NCBI RefSeq assembly: GCF_902713615.1
Contig: NC_052146.1
Coordinates: 69,583,238-69,647,237 of the forward strand
DNA length: 64,000 nucleotides
Source: Scyliorhinus canicula
Lineage: Eukaryota
Reading direction: 5' to 3'
The notes below the pieces were generated by a model that had not been told where the DNA came from, did not search any database, and saw nothing but the letters and a program-made list of their open reading frames with translations. Shown one piece after another: positions 1 through 12,054 of this stretch. Position 1 is the first letter of the stretch, and the number at the start of each line of letters is the position of its first letter. A program made the position numbers and the translations under genes.

Positions 1-172
1 CCTCCTCCGCCTCCCGAATGATCCGAAGTTCATCCAGCTCCAGCTCCCTAATGCGGCTCTCGAGGAGCTGGAGTTGGGTGCACTTCCCGCAGATGTAATC
101 AGAAGGGACACTAGAGGTGACCCTTTCCTCCCACATTCTGCAGGAGGAACATTCAACTGCCCTAGCCTCCAT
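1..172 (-). mobile_element. CR1-type LINE ORF1, N-terminal part (runs off the window start)
   Basis: Manual translation from ATG at 172: MEARAVECSSCRMWEERVTSSVPSDYICGKCTQLQLLESRIRELELDELRIIREAEE. It has a CxxC...CxxC zinc finger plus a leucine-zipper-like stretch and resembles the CR1 ORF1 start at 30521. Confidence 0.8.
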
Positions 173-337
173 TCCCACTGAACTAACTTCCCAACTACTG
201 AAAAATAAAAAACTTGTTAGTTTAGCAATCCAATGGACAGAGCTTTTTTTTTGGTTAGAGGAGGAGGATGGGTGGGAGACACTACGTAAGTAGTGTTTCG
301 GGTAAAGCTGTCACTCGAGAACAGCCCCTTCACAAAC

Positions 338-2523
338 CACCTTCAACTTACGCTGACCGCACTGCACGTATGCAAATCTCCCCGGAACAGCCAATCAGAA
401 GCTCTGCTCTGCTGCCCTCTGCTGGATGCTCACCTTCCGTCGAACTCCTCGGGTCACTGATGCAGGTGCACCTTCAACTTACGCTGACCGCACTGCACGT
501 ATGTAAATCTCCCCGGAACAGCCAATCAGAAGCTCTGCTCTGCTGCCCTCTGCTGGATGCTCACCTTCCGTCGAACTCCTCGGGTCACTGATGCAGGTGC
601 ACCTTCAACTTACGCTGACCGCACTGCACGTATGCAAATCTCCCCGGAACAGCCAATCAGAAGCTCTGCTCTGCTGCCCTCTGCTGGATGCTCACCTTCC
701 GTCGAACTCCTCGGGTCACTGATGCAGGTGCACCTTCAACTTACGCTGACCGCACTGCACGTATGTAAATCTCCCCGGAACAGCCAATCAGAAGCTCTGC
801 TCTGCTGCCCTCTGCTGGATGCTCACCTTCCGTCGAACTCCTCGGGTCACTGATGCAGGTGCACCTTCAACTTACGCTGACCGCACTGCACGTATGCAAA
901 TCTCCCCGGAACAGCCAATCAGAAGCTCTGCTCTGCTGCCCTCTGCTGGATGCTCACCTTCCGTCGAACTCCTCGGGTCACTGATGCAGGTGCACCTTCA
1001 ACTTACGCTGACCGCACTGCACGTATGCAAATCTCCCCGGAACAGCCAATCAGAAGCTCTGCTCTGCTGCCCTCTGCTGGATGCTCACCTTCCGTCGAAC
1101 TCCTCGGGTCACTGATGCAGGTGCACCTTCAACTTACGCTGACCGCACTGCACGTATGTAAATCTCCCCGGAACAGCCAATCAGAAGCTCTGCTCTGCTG
1201 CCCTCTGCTGGATGCTCACCTTCCGTCGAACTCCTCGGGTCACTGATGCAGGTGCACCTTCAACTTACGCTGACCGCACTGCACGTATGCAAATCTCCCC
1301 GGAACAGCCAATCAGAAGCTCTGCTCTGCTGCCCTCTGCTGGATGCTCACCTTCCGTCGAACTCCTCGGGTCACTGATGCAGGTGCACCTTCAACTTACG
1401 CTGACCGCACTGCACGTATGCAAATCTCCCCGGAACAGCCAATCAGAAGCTCTGCTCTGCTGCCCTCTGCTGGATGCTCACCTTCCGTCGAACTCCTCGG
1501 GTCCCTGATGCAGGTGCACCTTCAACTTACGCTGACCGCACTGCACGTATGTAAATCTCCCCGCAACAGCCAATCAGAAGCTCTGCTCTGCTGCCCTCTG
1601 CTGGATGCTCACCTTCCGTCGAACTCCTCGGGTCACTGATGCAGGTGCACCTTCAACTTACGCTGACCGCACTGCACGTATGCAAATCTCCCCGGAACAG
1701 CCAATCAGAAGCTCTGCTCTGCTGCCCTCTGCTGGATGCTCACCTTCCGTCGAACTCCTCGGGTCACTGATGCAGGTGCACCTTCAACTTACGCTGACCG
1801 CACTGCACGTATGCAAATCTCCCCGGAACAGCCAATCAGAAGCTCTGCTCTGCTGCCCTCTGCTGGATGCTCACCTTCCGTCGAACTCCTCGGGTCACTG
1901 ATGCAGGTGCACCTTCAACTTACGCTGACCGCACTGCACGTATGCAAATCTCCCCGGAACAGCCAATCAGAAGCTCTGCTCTGCTGCCCTCTGCTGGATG
2001 CTCACCTTCCGTCGAACTCCTCGGGTCACTGATGCAGGTGCACCTTCAACTTACGCTGACCGCACTGCACGTATGCAAATCTCCCCGGAACAGCCAATCA
2101 GAAGCTCTGCTCTGCTGCCCTCTGCTGGATGCTCACCTTCCGTCGAACTCCTCGGGTCACTGATGCAGGTGCACCTTCAACTTACGCTGACCGCACTGCA
2201 CGTATGCAAATCTCCCCGGAACAGCCAATCAGAAGCTCTGCTCTGCTGCCCTCTGCTGGATGCTCACCTTCCGTCGAACTCCTCGGGTCACTGATGCAGG
2301 TGCACCTTCAACTTACGCTGACCGCACTGCACGTATGCAAATCTCCCCGGAACAGCCAATCAGAAGCTCTGCTCTGCTGCCCTCTGCTGGATGCTCACCT
2401 TCCGTCGAACTCCTCGGGTCACTGATGCAGGTGCACCTTCAACTTACGCTGACCGCACTGCACGTATGCAAATCTCCCCGGAACAGCCAATCAGAAGCTC
2501 TGCTCTGCTGCCCTCTGCTGGAT
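338..2523. repeat. 131-bp tandem array, about 16.7 near-identical copies, in the 5' UTR of the minus-strand CR1
   Basis: The unit start CACCTTCAAC recurs at 338, 469, 600 ... 2434. Each unit has ATGCAAAT (ATGTAAAT in units 2, 4, 7, 10) and a CCAAT box. Confidence 0.97.
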
Positions 2524-2576
2524 TTTCAGAAAGCATTTGATGTGATGTCACAATTATTGCAGAAAATAAAAGTTTA

Positions 2577-2742
2577 TAAAAGCAAATTACTGCAGGTGCT
2601 GGAATCTGAAATGAAAGAGAACATGGTGGAAAATCTCAGCAGGTCTGGCAGCATCTTTAGGGAGAGAAAAGAGCTAATGTTTCGAGTCCGATGACTCTTT
2701 GTCAAAACAGACCTGCTGAGATTTTCCAGCAGTTTCTCTTTC
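2577..2742 (-). mobile_element. Penelope-like pseudo-LTR fragment with a short inverted tail, inserted in an old CR1 RT fragment
   Basis: Matches the other pLTR copies (21751-21880, 24846-24962). It is flanked by the 13-bp duplication AAATAAAAGTTTA (2564-2576, 2743-2755). The host reads LDFQKAFD on the left and continues on the right. Confidence 0.7.
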
Positions 2743-2874
2743 AAATAAAAGTTTATGTTGTGGGGACAGGGGTAGAAGATTGGCCAACTGACTGGAGACC
2801 GGAGATAGTCGACAAAAATGGGCCAATTTCCGGTTGGCCTCAACAACATAAAATTTATATAAATGACTTGGATG

Positions 2875-3183
2875 AATCATAGAATTTACAGTGCACAAGG
2901 ACGCCATTCGCCCATTGATTCGATTTAAGCCCATGCCTCCACCCTGTCCCCGTAACCCAGTAACCCAACATAAACTTTTGGACATGAAAGGGCAATTTAG
3001 CATGGCCAATCCCCCTAACCTGCACATCTTTGGGTGTGGGAGGAAACCGGAGCACCTGGATGAAACCCACACAGGCAAGGGGAGAATGTGCAAACTCCAC
3101 ACAGTCACCAGTGGCCGAAATTGAACCCAGTACTCTGGTGCTGTGAGGCAGCAGTGCTAACCTATGTACAACTATGCTGCCCT
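2875..3183 (-). mobile_element. V-SINE (HE1-like, tRNA-derived)
   Basis: Reverse complement of the GGTTTCCTCC..CCCACA..AAAGATGTGCAGGTTAGG..GGCCATGCTAAATTGCCC core shared with many copies in the window. Confidence 0.85.
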
Positions 3184-3185
3184 GG

Positions 3186-4080
3186 AAGGGGAAAAAGGTA
3201 TAGTTGCTAAATTTGCTGATGATGCATAGATATGTAGGAAAGTTGCGAAGAAACATAACAAGGCTGCAAAGAGACATAAATAGATTAAGTGAGTCGGCAA
3301 AGATCTGGCAATGGAGTACAATGTGAAATGGTCAATTTTGGCAGGAAAAAAAAGCATATTATGTAAATGACAGGTTGCAGAGCTCTGAGATACAGAGGGC
3401 TCTGTTAGTCCAAGCACATGAGTCGCAAAAGCTCATACGCAGGTGCAGCAAGTAATTAACAAAGCTAATGGCATGTTGCCGTTTATCGTGAGAAGATTTG
3501 AATATAAAAGGAGGGGTTTACACGACGGTTATACGGGGCATTGGTGAGACCACATAGAAGTATTTTATACAGCTTTTCACTCCTTACGTAAAAAAGGATG
3601 TAAATGAATGAGAAGCAGGTCAGAGCTGTTTAATGAGGCTGATACATGGAATGGGTGGGTTGTCTTGTAAGGAAAGGCTGAACAGTCTTGGCTTGTAGCC
3701 GCTGAAATCTAGAAGAGTAAGAAGCGACTTGATTGAAACATATAAGGCCCTGAAGGGTCTTGACATGGTGAATGTGGAGGGGATGTTTCCTCTTGTGGGG
3801 GAATCAAAAACTAAGGGTCACTATTTATAAGTATTGTTTGCATATTTAGGCAATTTATTTTTACTCTCTAGAGGTCACGAGTCTTCGGCACTCACATCCT
3901 CAAAAGGCGGTGGAAACAGAATCGGAATATTTTAAGGCAGAGGTAAATCAGTTTTAAATGAAGGTCATCATGTTAGATAGGAATATGAAGTTGGCCATAC
4001 AGTCAGATAAGCCGTGACCTTATTGAATTGCAGAGCAGGCTCAAGGAGTCACGAATAAGCCTACTCTTGCTCCCAATTCA
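3186..4080 (+). mobile_element. Degenerate CR1 LINE ORF2 3' fragment
   Basis: Remnants KFADDA, RLSESAKIWQWS and similarity to 39360-40260; many stops. Confidence 0.7.
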
Positions 4081-4754
4081 TACGCTGTCATGCTCGTCTG
4101 TGGGTGTCTATGTTGGCAGTCCGTCTATGTCCAATTGAAGTGAGTTGCAATTCTCCTTATTGCTTGATACATTTTGAATTCTATTCTATCGATACACTTT
4201 GACATTATACCATGTATACCAAGTCTTGTCGTTAACAGATATCAAGAAATATGGTGATCACAAACAGGCACTGTTCATTTCTCTGCACAATCCCCCCTCC
4301 CCCATTTTTTACAAATAACGTTCAGCACAGCTCTTCGTTTCCTCTCCAATTGTATACACACACAATCAATGCTCTTATAATCTCCTGGGGTTTTGAATTT
4401 TTCTAGCAGGACGACTATGTCTTACTTTATCAATTACTTTTTAAGAGTTTGTATGTAAAGCATAAACCTGAAGTCCCTCATGCACCCTCTCCAGTATTTC
4501 ATGAAATAACACAAGGTTATTCAGCACATTTTGCCTTTAGTCACTGCTTGATGACTCTCAATAATTAATCTATATTTTGCCAAATGTCGGATACTTCAAC
4601 CTGATGACGTTAAATTACGGAGAAGCACTTGAACAACATGTAGGACATAATACTCCATGTAACATGGCAAATCTAAGAGAAATTAAATAAACTAATCGCA
4701 TTTGACATCTTCTGTCAGGGAAATAGCGTCGAAGAAGCAGTATTTTGTACGTTT

Positions 4755-5209
4755 TTTAAAAAAATAATTTTTATTGAAAAATTTTGAATTTATACAACAA
4801 TAACGCACCATAGTAAAATACCAAAAATAACAATAATATTAACAATCATAAACATTCGCCCCACCCCCATGCACAACACAGCATTTTAACAACAACGCAA
4901 ATTAACACAATATAAAGTTACAGAACAGAAACTACAATAAGGAACCCCCCCCCCCCCCCCCCCAGGTTGCTGCTGCTATTGAACAAGTTACCTATCTTTG
5001 CGCCAGGAAGTCCAGAAAAGGCTGCCATCGTTTATAGAACCCTTGTATTGATCCTCTCAGGGCAAATTTGACCCTTTCCAGTTTTATAAATCCCGCCATG
5101 TCACTGATCCAGGTCTCCACACTTGGGGGCCTTGCATCCTTCCACTGTAGCAGAATCCTTCGACGGGCTACTAGGGACGCAAAGGCCAGGACACCGGCCT
5201 CTTTTGCCT
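4755..5209 (-). mobile_element. 5'-truncated L1-type LINE 3' end with a 16-bp target-site duplication
   Basis: Reverse-complement similarity to 38050-38490 and an A/T-rich tail. AGTATTTTGTACGTTT occurs at 4739-4754 and 5210-5225. Confidence 0.85.
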
Positions 5210-5589
5210 AGTATTTTGTACGTTTAACCACTGCTGTCTGCATTAGAACTACGAGACACGCACAATGTATGAGGGCAATGAATAGTTGTACTGCTTCGAC
5301 AATTTGTTTTCCATAACTCATCGCCCATTCTTACCTAACACAGTGCCTGTTCTTTTATCTGGGAGGATTATTGTTCGCCCCACGTATATAACATCCAGTT
5401 AAGCGCTGGCATCGTTCCAAGGTAGTACAGGGAGGTCCAATATATGGTCCCAAAATGAAGAACAGGATTGAACCAGACCCGAAGTGGCTGTATCAGTGAA
5501 ACTGATATTTGCTGTAATGAATATGATTGAAGGCGTTATTATTAATATATTACATCACATTTTTACCTGTTGAAATCGACACTAAATCA

Positions 5590-7219
5590 CTAAGGCGATA
5601 GTGTTTGGCAAGCTAATGGGGCTAAAGGTAGACAAGTCTCCTAACCCTGATGGAATGCATCCCAGGGCACCAAAAGAAATGGCGGAGGAAATAGCAAATG
5701 CGCTTCTGGTAATTTGTCAAAATTCGCTGGACTCTGGAGCAATTTCAGCAGATTGAAAAACAGCAAATGTGATGCCACCGTTTAAAAAAGGAGGTCAACA
5801 AAAAGCGGGTAACTATAGGCCGATTAGCTTAACTTCTGTAGTGGGAAAAATGCTCGAATCTATCATCGAGGAAGAAATAGCGAGACTCTAAATAGAAATT
5901 GTCCCATTGGGCAGATGCAGCATGGATTCATGAAAGGCAGGTCATATTTAACTAATTTACTGAAACTTTGAGGACATTAAGAATGCGGTGGACAACGGGA
6001 AACTGGTGGATGTGGTGTATCTGGATTTCCAGAAGGCATTTGACAAAGTGCCTCACAAAAGGTTGCTGTATAAGATTACGGTGCTAAAGGTGTTATGGGT
6101 GTGTATTAAATTGGATAGAGGATTAGTTAATGGACAGAAAGCAAAGAGTGGGGATAATGGGGGGGGGGGGGGGGGTTCTGGTTGGTGATCAATGGCTAGT
6201 GGTGTGACTCAGGGATCCGTATTGGGACTGTAATTTTTTACAATTACATAAATGATTTGGAGTTGGGGACCAAGTGTAATGTGTCAAAGTTCACAGATGA
6301 CACTAAGATGAGTGGTAGAGCAAAGTGCGCAGAGGACACTGAAAGTCTGCAGAGGGATATAGATAGTTTAAGTGCGTGGGTAAGGGTTTGGCAGATGGAG
6401 TACAATGTTGGTCAATGCGAGGTTATCCATTTTGTTAGGAATGACAGCAAAATAGACTATTATTTAAATGGTGAAAATTTGCAACATGTTTTGTGCAGAG
6501 GCACCTGGGCGTCCTTGTACACGAATCGCAAAACGTTGGTTTGCAGGTAAAGCAGATAATTAAGAAGGCAAATTGAATTATGTTCTTCATTGCTGGAGGA
6601 TGGAATTTAAAAACAGGTTATTTTGCAGCTGTATAGGGTGCTGGTGAGGACACATCTGGAGTATTGTGTACAGTTTTGGTCTCCTTACTTTAAAAAGGAT
6701 GTACTGGCACTGGAGGGGTTGCAGAGGACATTCACTAAGTTGATTGCAGAGTTGAGAGGATTAGCTGATGAGGAGAGACTGAGTAGACTGCGACTATACT
6801 CATTGGAATTTAGAAGAATGAGGTGGGAATCTTATGGAAACATATACAATTAATAAGCAAACAGATAAGATAGAAGCAGAGAGGTGGTGCCACTGCCGGA
6901 TGACAATAGAACTACGGGGCCGAGGCCTCAATATAAGGGGGAGCATATTTAGGACTGAGTTGAGGAGGAACTACATCATCCAAAGAGTTGTGAATCCGTG
7001 GAATTCCCTGCCCACTGAAGCTGTTGAGACTACCTCGTTGAATGTTTTTAAGGCAAAGATAGATAGATTTTTAAACAGCAAAGGAATTAAGGGTTCTGGT
7101 AAGCGGGCTGGTAAGTGGAACTGAGTGCGCAAAAAGATCGGCCATGACCTTATTGAATGATGGAGTAGGCTAGAGGGGCCAGATGGGCTACTCTTGCTCC
7201 TATTCCTTATGTTCTTATG
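5590..7219 (+). mobile_element. CR1 LINE 3' half, RT domain disrupted
   Basis: DVVYLDFQKAFDKVPH, KFTDDTK and HLEYCVQFWSP motifs; ends in a TTCTTATG-type tail like the copy ending at 40295. Confidence 0.9.
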
Positions 7220-8537
7220 GCAACATTTTAGATGGACAGGAATGGGCGAAGCTTCCAAAGCAATATTTTACGTTACATACCAGAAAGCTAAGTATCGTCT
7301 CCGAGACATATCACATCTGGGCTGATTACTGAGACATATGATTAGTATGGATTCCCCATTTATGTCAGCAAACTGAAAAGGCCAGAATTATGGAGCTAAT
7401 TTTTGGAGGGGCCGCAGCCGGTGGAGATGAGGCAGATTCTCGCCCCGGGGCGCCGAAAATTTCGCAACAGGGAAATACCGGTCAATCAAATGATGGCAGT
7501 TTACCGCACTTCCTGGCGGAGGTGTTCCCTCTTGGATCAGAATTTGTGTAGGTGTTCAAGGGTTATTTGGCAGGCTCCCTGAGCCGGACGAGGCAAAATT
7601 GGGGTCGGGGCTTGAATGGGCATGGGGAGAGCAACCTGGGAGAGGGGTGAGATGCATTCGGGAGCTCGCTATCTGCTAGTACTTGTGGCCCCATTCACAA
7701 GGGACTGCCTCCGCCCCAAACTGTTCCGTGCTGCGAAATCTGTCAGGCTTCCCGCTTAAAAATGACCTCTCCCGCTGCCGGTTAAATCCAGGCAACGGCG
7801 GGTGAGGCCCATAAATTGAAATGAATTGTCCACTTGAGGTCTTCTATGGCTTACTGGCGGAGGTGTCCGCCGATGTCACCTGCTACTGTGGTATTATTGA
7901 GGTGGGCCCAGGGCCAGGTGTATACACAGTGGCAGGTTGCCTGTTGAATTGACCTAGACTCCCACCACTTCACATTGGCCAGGGACGGAACATGAGATCC
8001 AGTTAACAAAAGCCAAATAGGGTGGCTATTGGAAATGTGAAACTGTTGCTGCCCTCTTCTGGCGGCAACTGACGACACAGACAAATGAATACTCTGCCAG
8101 TTGAATTCAAACAATGTTATTATTTAACTCAGACTTTAAGTATGTGGTTATTTAAACAGTTTTGTAAGTTTTAAGACTCATAACTTGAACAAAAATATAC
8201 TACCCGGATACAGAGAACTTTGCTAGGCTGGCTGTGGGCGGCTTGTGTCTGTGAGTCTCCAAATGCAGGTCCCCTGCCGCGAATGTTGATTCCGGAGCCA
8301 CCGCCCGCTGAATCTCCTGCTACTTTATAATGCTTTAGCTTATAGTTTATAGTTCATTCATATAAACAATCCGGTAGAACACATAGGCTATATTCATCAT
8401 TGAGAGAGCCTTGTTCTCGCGTTCCGAAACGAAGTGATAGCAGCAAAAAGCCGGTTGTAACCCATGGTTCTTCTGTCTTTGCCAAGAAATTAATTCTGCA
8501 GTGGCAGCTTTTCACACAGACAAATCAAATCTGTTGG

Positions 8538-8666
8538 CCTCTTTTACCATCATGCCTCCCAGCACATCGTTAGCCATTGTCCTATTTTACCATTATGCCT
8601 CACGGCACAATGTTGGCCATTGTCCTCTTCTACCATCATGCGTCGCGGCGCAATGTTAGCCGTCTT
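8538..8666. repeat. Degenerate 43-bp tandem repeat, 3 copies
   Basis: The CCTMTTYTACCATYATGC..GCACA..GTTRGCC unit starts at 8538, 8581 and 8624. Confidence 0.6.
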
Positions 8667-10625
8667 TCCTACTCAGCACATCGGGCATCATATATGGGCC
8701 GAGAAACAGAGGTGACTGTTTCTGAACGATCTTTTGTCAGAATAAGAAAGAGTACATGTGTAACAAGTTTTAAGATTCAGTAGAAAAGCAGCGAGAGGAA
8801 GGTGACGGCGTGTACAGTTCATAATATGTATTTAAATTGATAGACTGAAAAGTAACAGTTCACCCAGCATTATCCTTTGCTATGTGGATAAATGGCTTGG
8901 ATGAAGGAATAGAGTGTTATGTATTTAAGTTAGTGACCACATTAAATTGGAGCAGTTAAATGTGGGAGAAGTTAAGGGCATCTACCTGGACATAGCATTA
9001 ATGGATCAGACTGTCTTCTGAATGAGTTGGAAGTGGGGGAGGCTCTATGAACTGTGGATGAATAGAGACATGTAAGGATGCAAGTGCAGAAATCACTAAA
9101 TCATAGCGCACGGTTATGAACAGTATTGCAATGCTGTTCTGTTTCCTGTCAGATGACCAATCCTCTACCTGCTCTCGCCCAACGCTAACATATTCCATAA
9201 TAGTATTTTACTTGGTCCCTTATAGAATGTCTTTTATGAAATGCAAATACACTACTTCCGCTGGTTTCCCCTTATTCGCGCTGCCCGACACTTCCTCAAA
9301 GAACACTAATAAATTTGTCAGCCACGACTTGTCTTTCATGAAATGACGTGGACTCCGCTTTATTGCATTGCCATTTACTCAATCTCCTGCCAGTGCTTCC
9401 TGAATAATGGAATGCAGTAATTTCCCAACGGTAGATGTTCGGATAATTGGCCTACGCTTTCCCACTTTCTCCTCTTCACTTTTCCTCTGAAGAGTGAGCT
9501 GGAGATGGTGAGAACAGGAAAAAGGAAAGACATTTGGATGGTCCCAAGATTGCGGAATGGTGTGGATTGAAGAAGATGGGAAGCCAGAGTGGAGAGGATT
9601 GGAATAGATGAATCTGTTTATTTGCCTATCCGTTGAATTTAGTAATTGAGGAAACATATGTATCGAGAGCTAAATATATATATCATATTCTTAATACTAA
9701 CTAATATAAGGCCCACAAAATGTTTACACTACAAGACCGCGGCCTTGTAAAGAGGTGGTGGCCAACCCGGAGACTATTCTGCAGACTGCAGTTTCACCGC
9801 GAAATGTAAGATAAAACAGTGCAATAGGAAAACTGCTTGTACAGCTTGTCTCAACTTTCAATCTGAGTTTGTTGACCTGGCGCAGATTGTTCTGCTGGTG
9901 TGAATGCTCAGTTAGATGCAAGACGATCTTTCTGCGTTGTTCTCCAGTGCCACCGTGTTTGCTCGCTCAGGGAAACTGGCTCGGGTGCCCTAGGATTTAA
10001 TGAGTGTTACCGCGAGTTAGCCAGAGTCTCTTATTCTCATCTGGAACTACCTCCGCAATGGCGAGCAAAACGTGCGTCACCGCTGCTTTGCCTTTACTGT
10101 GCTGTTCGTTTTAGAATTCTTTCAGTTGAATTAGCTCTTTCTGTAGCATCTGAACCAACTCAATCGGGCGGTTGTGGTTCACTATCGATATCGTTTCTGC
10201 CAGAGGATCATCGACATGGCTGGCAAGGTATTTGTGCGATATTTTCCTAATTACTCAAACTTTCCTACGTTTTCTTAAAACTAGCTTCAACTCCTGTTTC
10301 GAACTTTTCTCTAAACGCCTTGAGCTCGGCTCTGGCGTGATCAACTAGTCAAATATCCACTGTTTCCGATCCTGCTTCAGGTTGCCAAAACTGTCCATTC
10401 AAAAATAGTTGACTAATTCTAAGACATAGGTGTAACTTACATTGTCAGAATTCCATTGACATTGAAAGAGTAGTTGGACTACAAGCAAGAAATTTTCTTT
10501 TATCAAATCACCAGTCGAATATTGATTGGTGATGTACAAAGGATGCTGTGCATGACTGTTGAACTAAGAATAATCACAAATAAATGGTCCAGATTCGCAA
10601 ACATGGGTAGCTGAACTGAAACAAA

Positions 10626-10770
10626 TGAAAATGAAAAATGAAAATCGCTTATTGTCACGAGTAGGCTTCAATGAAGTTACTGTGAAAATCCCCTAGTCGC
10701 CACATTCCGGCGCCTGTCGGGGAGGCTGGTACGGGAATCGAACCGTGCTGCTGGCCTGCTTGGTCTGCGC
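10626..10770 (-). mobile_element. Second SINE family with (TTTTCA)n tail
   Basis: Reverse complement of the plus-strand copy at 47046-47220. Confidence 0.75.
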
Positions 10771-12045
10771 AGCGGGTCTGGCAGCATCTTTGGGAAGGGA
10801 AAGAGTTAAAATATCAGATCATCAACTTTCATCAGATCACTGGACTGAACATGGCTGAGCTGAATTGTAGCAAGTCTGCATTTGGAGCTCACTCTCAATT
10901 GCTGGACGGAATTCTCCGTTTGGGTGAAGTGTCGACATCGGGACTGAGATGCGTGCGTTTCGTTTCCGTTGGGGGCTCTATTTCTGGAACAATTCAGGAC
11001 ATGCTAATGGGCCAGGACACTGCTGGCACGAATTCCGGTCAATTCCCTGGCCAGGGTGCGTTCTAACAGCTGGGTCCGGAGTTTGATCCACAGAAACTGA
11101 CAGCCGGAGTTATTTTAAGTGCTCCCCTTACCACACACTCACTGCAGCCACCAAGATGGCTCAGAGAAGATTTGCCCCGAGATAGGAAGTCTGAGGTAGA
11201 CCCACAGCTCCATACCAGTGAGAAACTGAGGGACACCCTCTTCCCCAGCGTGAGCCGCAGACTAAGCCTGCCCTCCTGCACACTGCCTGCGAGATGATGG
11301 CAAAGGCAGTCACCACTGCCTCTCTCACCAGGAGGAGGTAGCTGGTGATCCGAATGGGTGGGGGTCACTGCTGAGTCCTCCGCCTTGAGAGGGGAAGAGG
11401 ACCAGGGTGGGTTCCATAGGCACGGTGCAGATGACCTCTGGTTGGGGTGATCTCTGCTGATCCCCTGCTTCCTCTGTAATGGGACACTGCTTCCGTGGAG
11501 CACCGATGCGTGGTGGGCTGCTGACTGGAGTTGGCGCTTGATTATACAGTTCTGGGTATGAAGGTGACCAGAGGGCCAGCCTGGGTGGGCTCTCAGATGA
11601 CTAGAGGTCTTCTGAGCAGTTTAAGGAAACAGGTAGTACGCGGCAGTGTGAGCAGCCACGAGCCTGAGTAGCACCAAAGGGGTGCTTTTAAAATACAGTC
11701 TGCAGCAATGGCGGTCTGAGCCAGGCCACCCGATGGAAAATCGTCATTCCTACCACGTGTTTGACGGTTTTCTGTAAACATACATTCGAACGTAATTAAA
11801 GCAAGAAAATTGTAGCATCAACTGAGACAATGAAAGAATAATTTTATTTCACTGCAATTGCACAAAGAATAGGAAATGGCTGCAGAGTCGGCACATCAAA
11901 GCGTTACACCAAATAGTATCCAAAACCTAGCTGGGCATTTTCTTATCAATTCAGGTAGAGCAACAAAAATTAATGAAATATCACCTTTGAGTCCGTATTT
12001 TGTTCAATTGAACTTCACTAATGGTGCTATAGAAGAATGCCCAAA

Positions 12046-12051
12046 TTTATT
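12046..12051 (-). terminator. Poly(A) signal of light-chain gene 1
   Basis: AATAAA lies 3 nt after the TGA stop (TGA tgc AATAAA). Confidence 0.6.
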
Positions 12052-12054
12052 GCA

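Noticed and set aside
338-2523. CRISPR-like array
   Set aside because: The units are contiguous with no unique spacers, there are no cas genes, and the DNA is vertebrate.
268-2694. Series of identical 98-aa ORFs
   Set aside because: These are a by-product of the 131-bp period, with overlapping frames and no protein features.
7390-8540. Possible DNA-transposon or LTR remnants (also 11130-11790 and 17640-17830)
   Set aside because: The composition looks repeat-like, but I could not define termini, duplications or protein motifs by eye.
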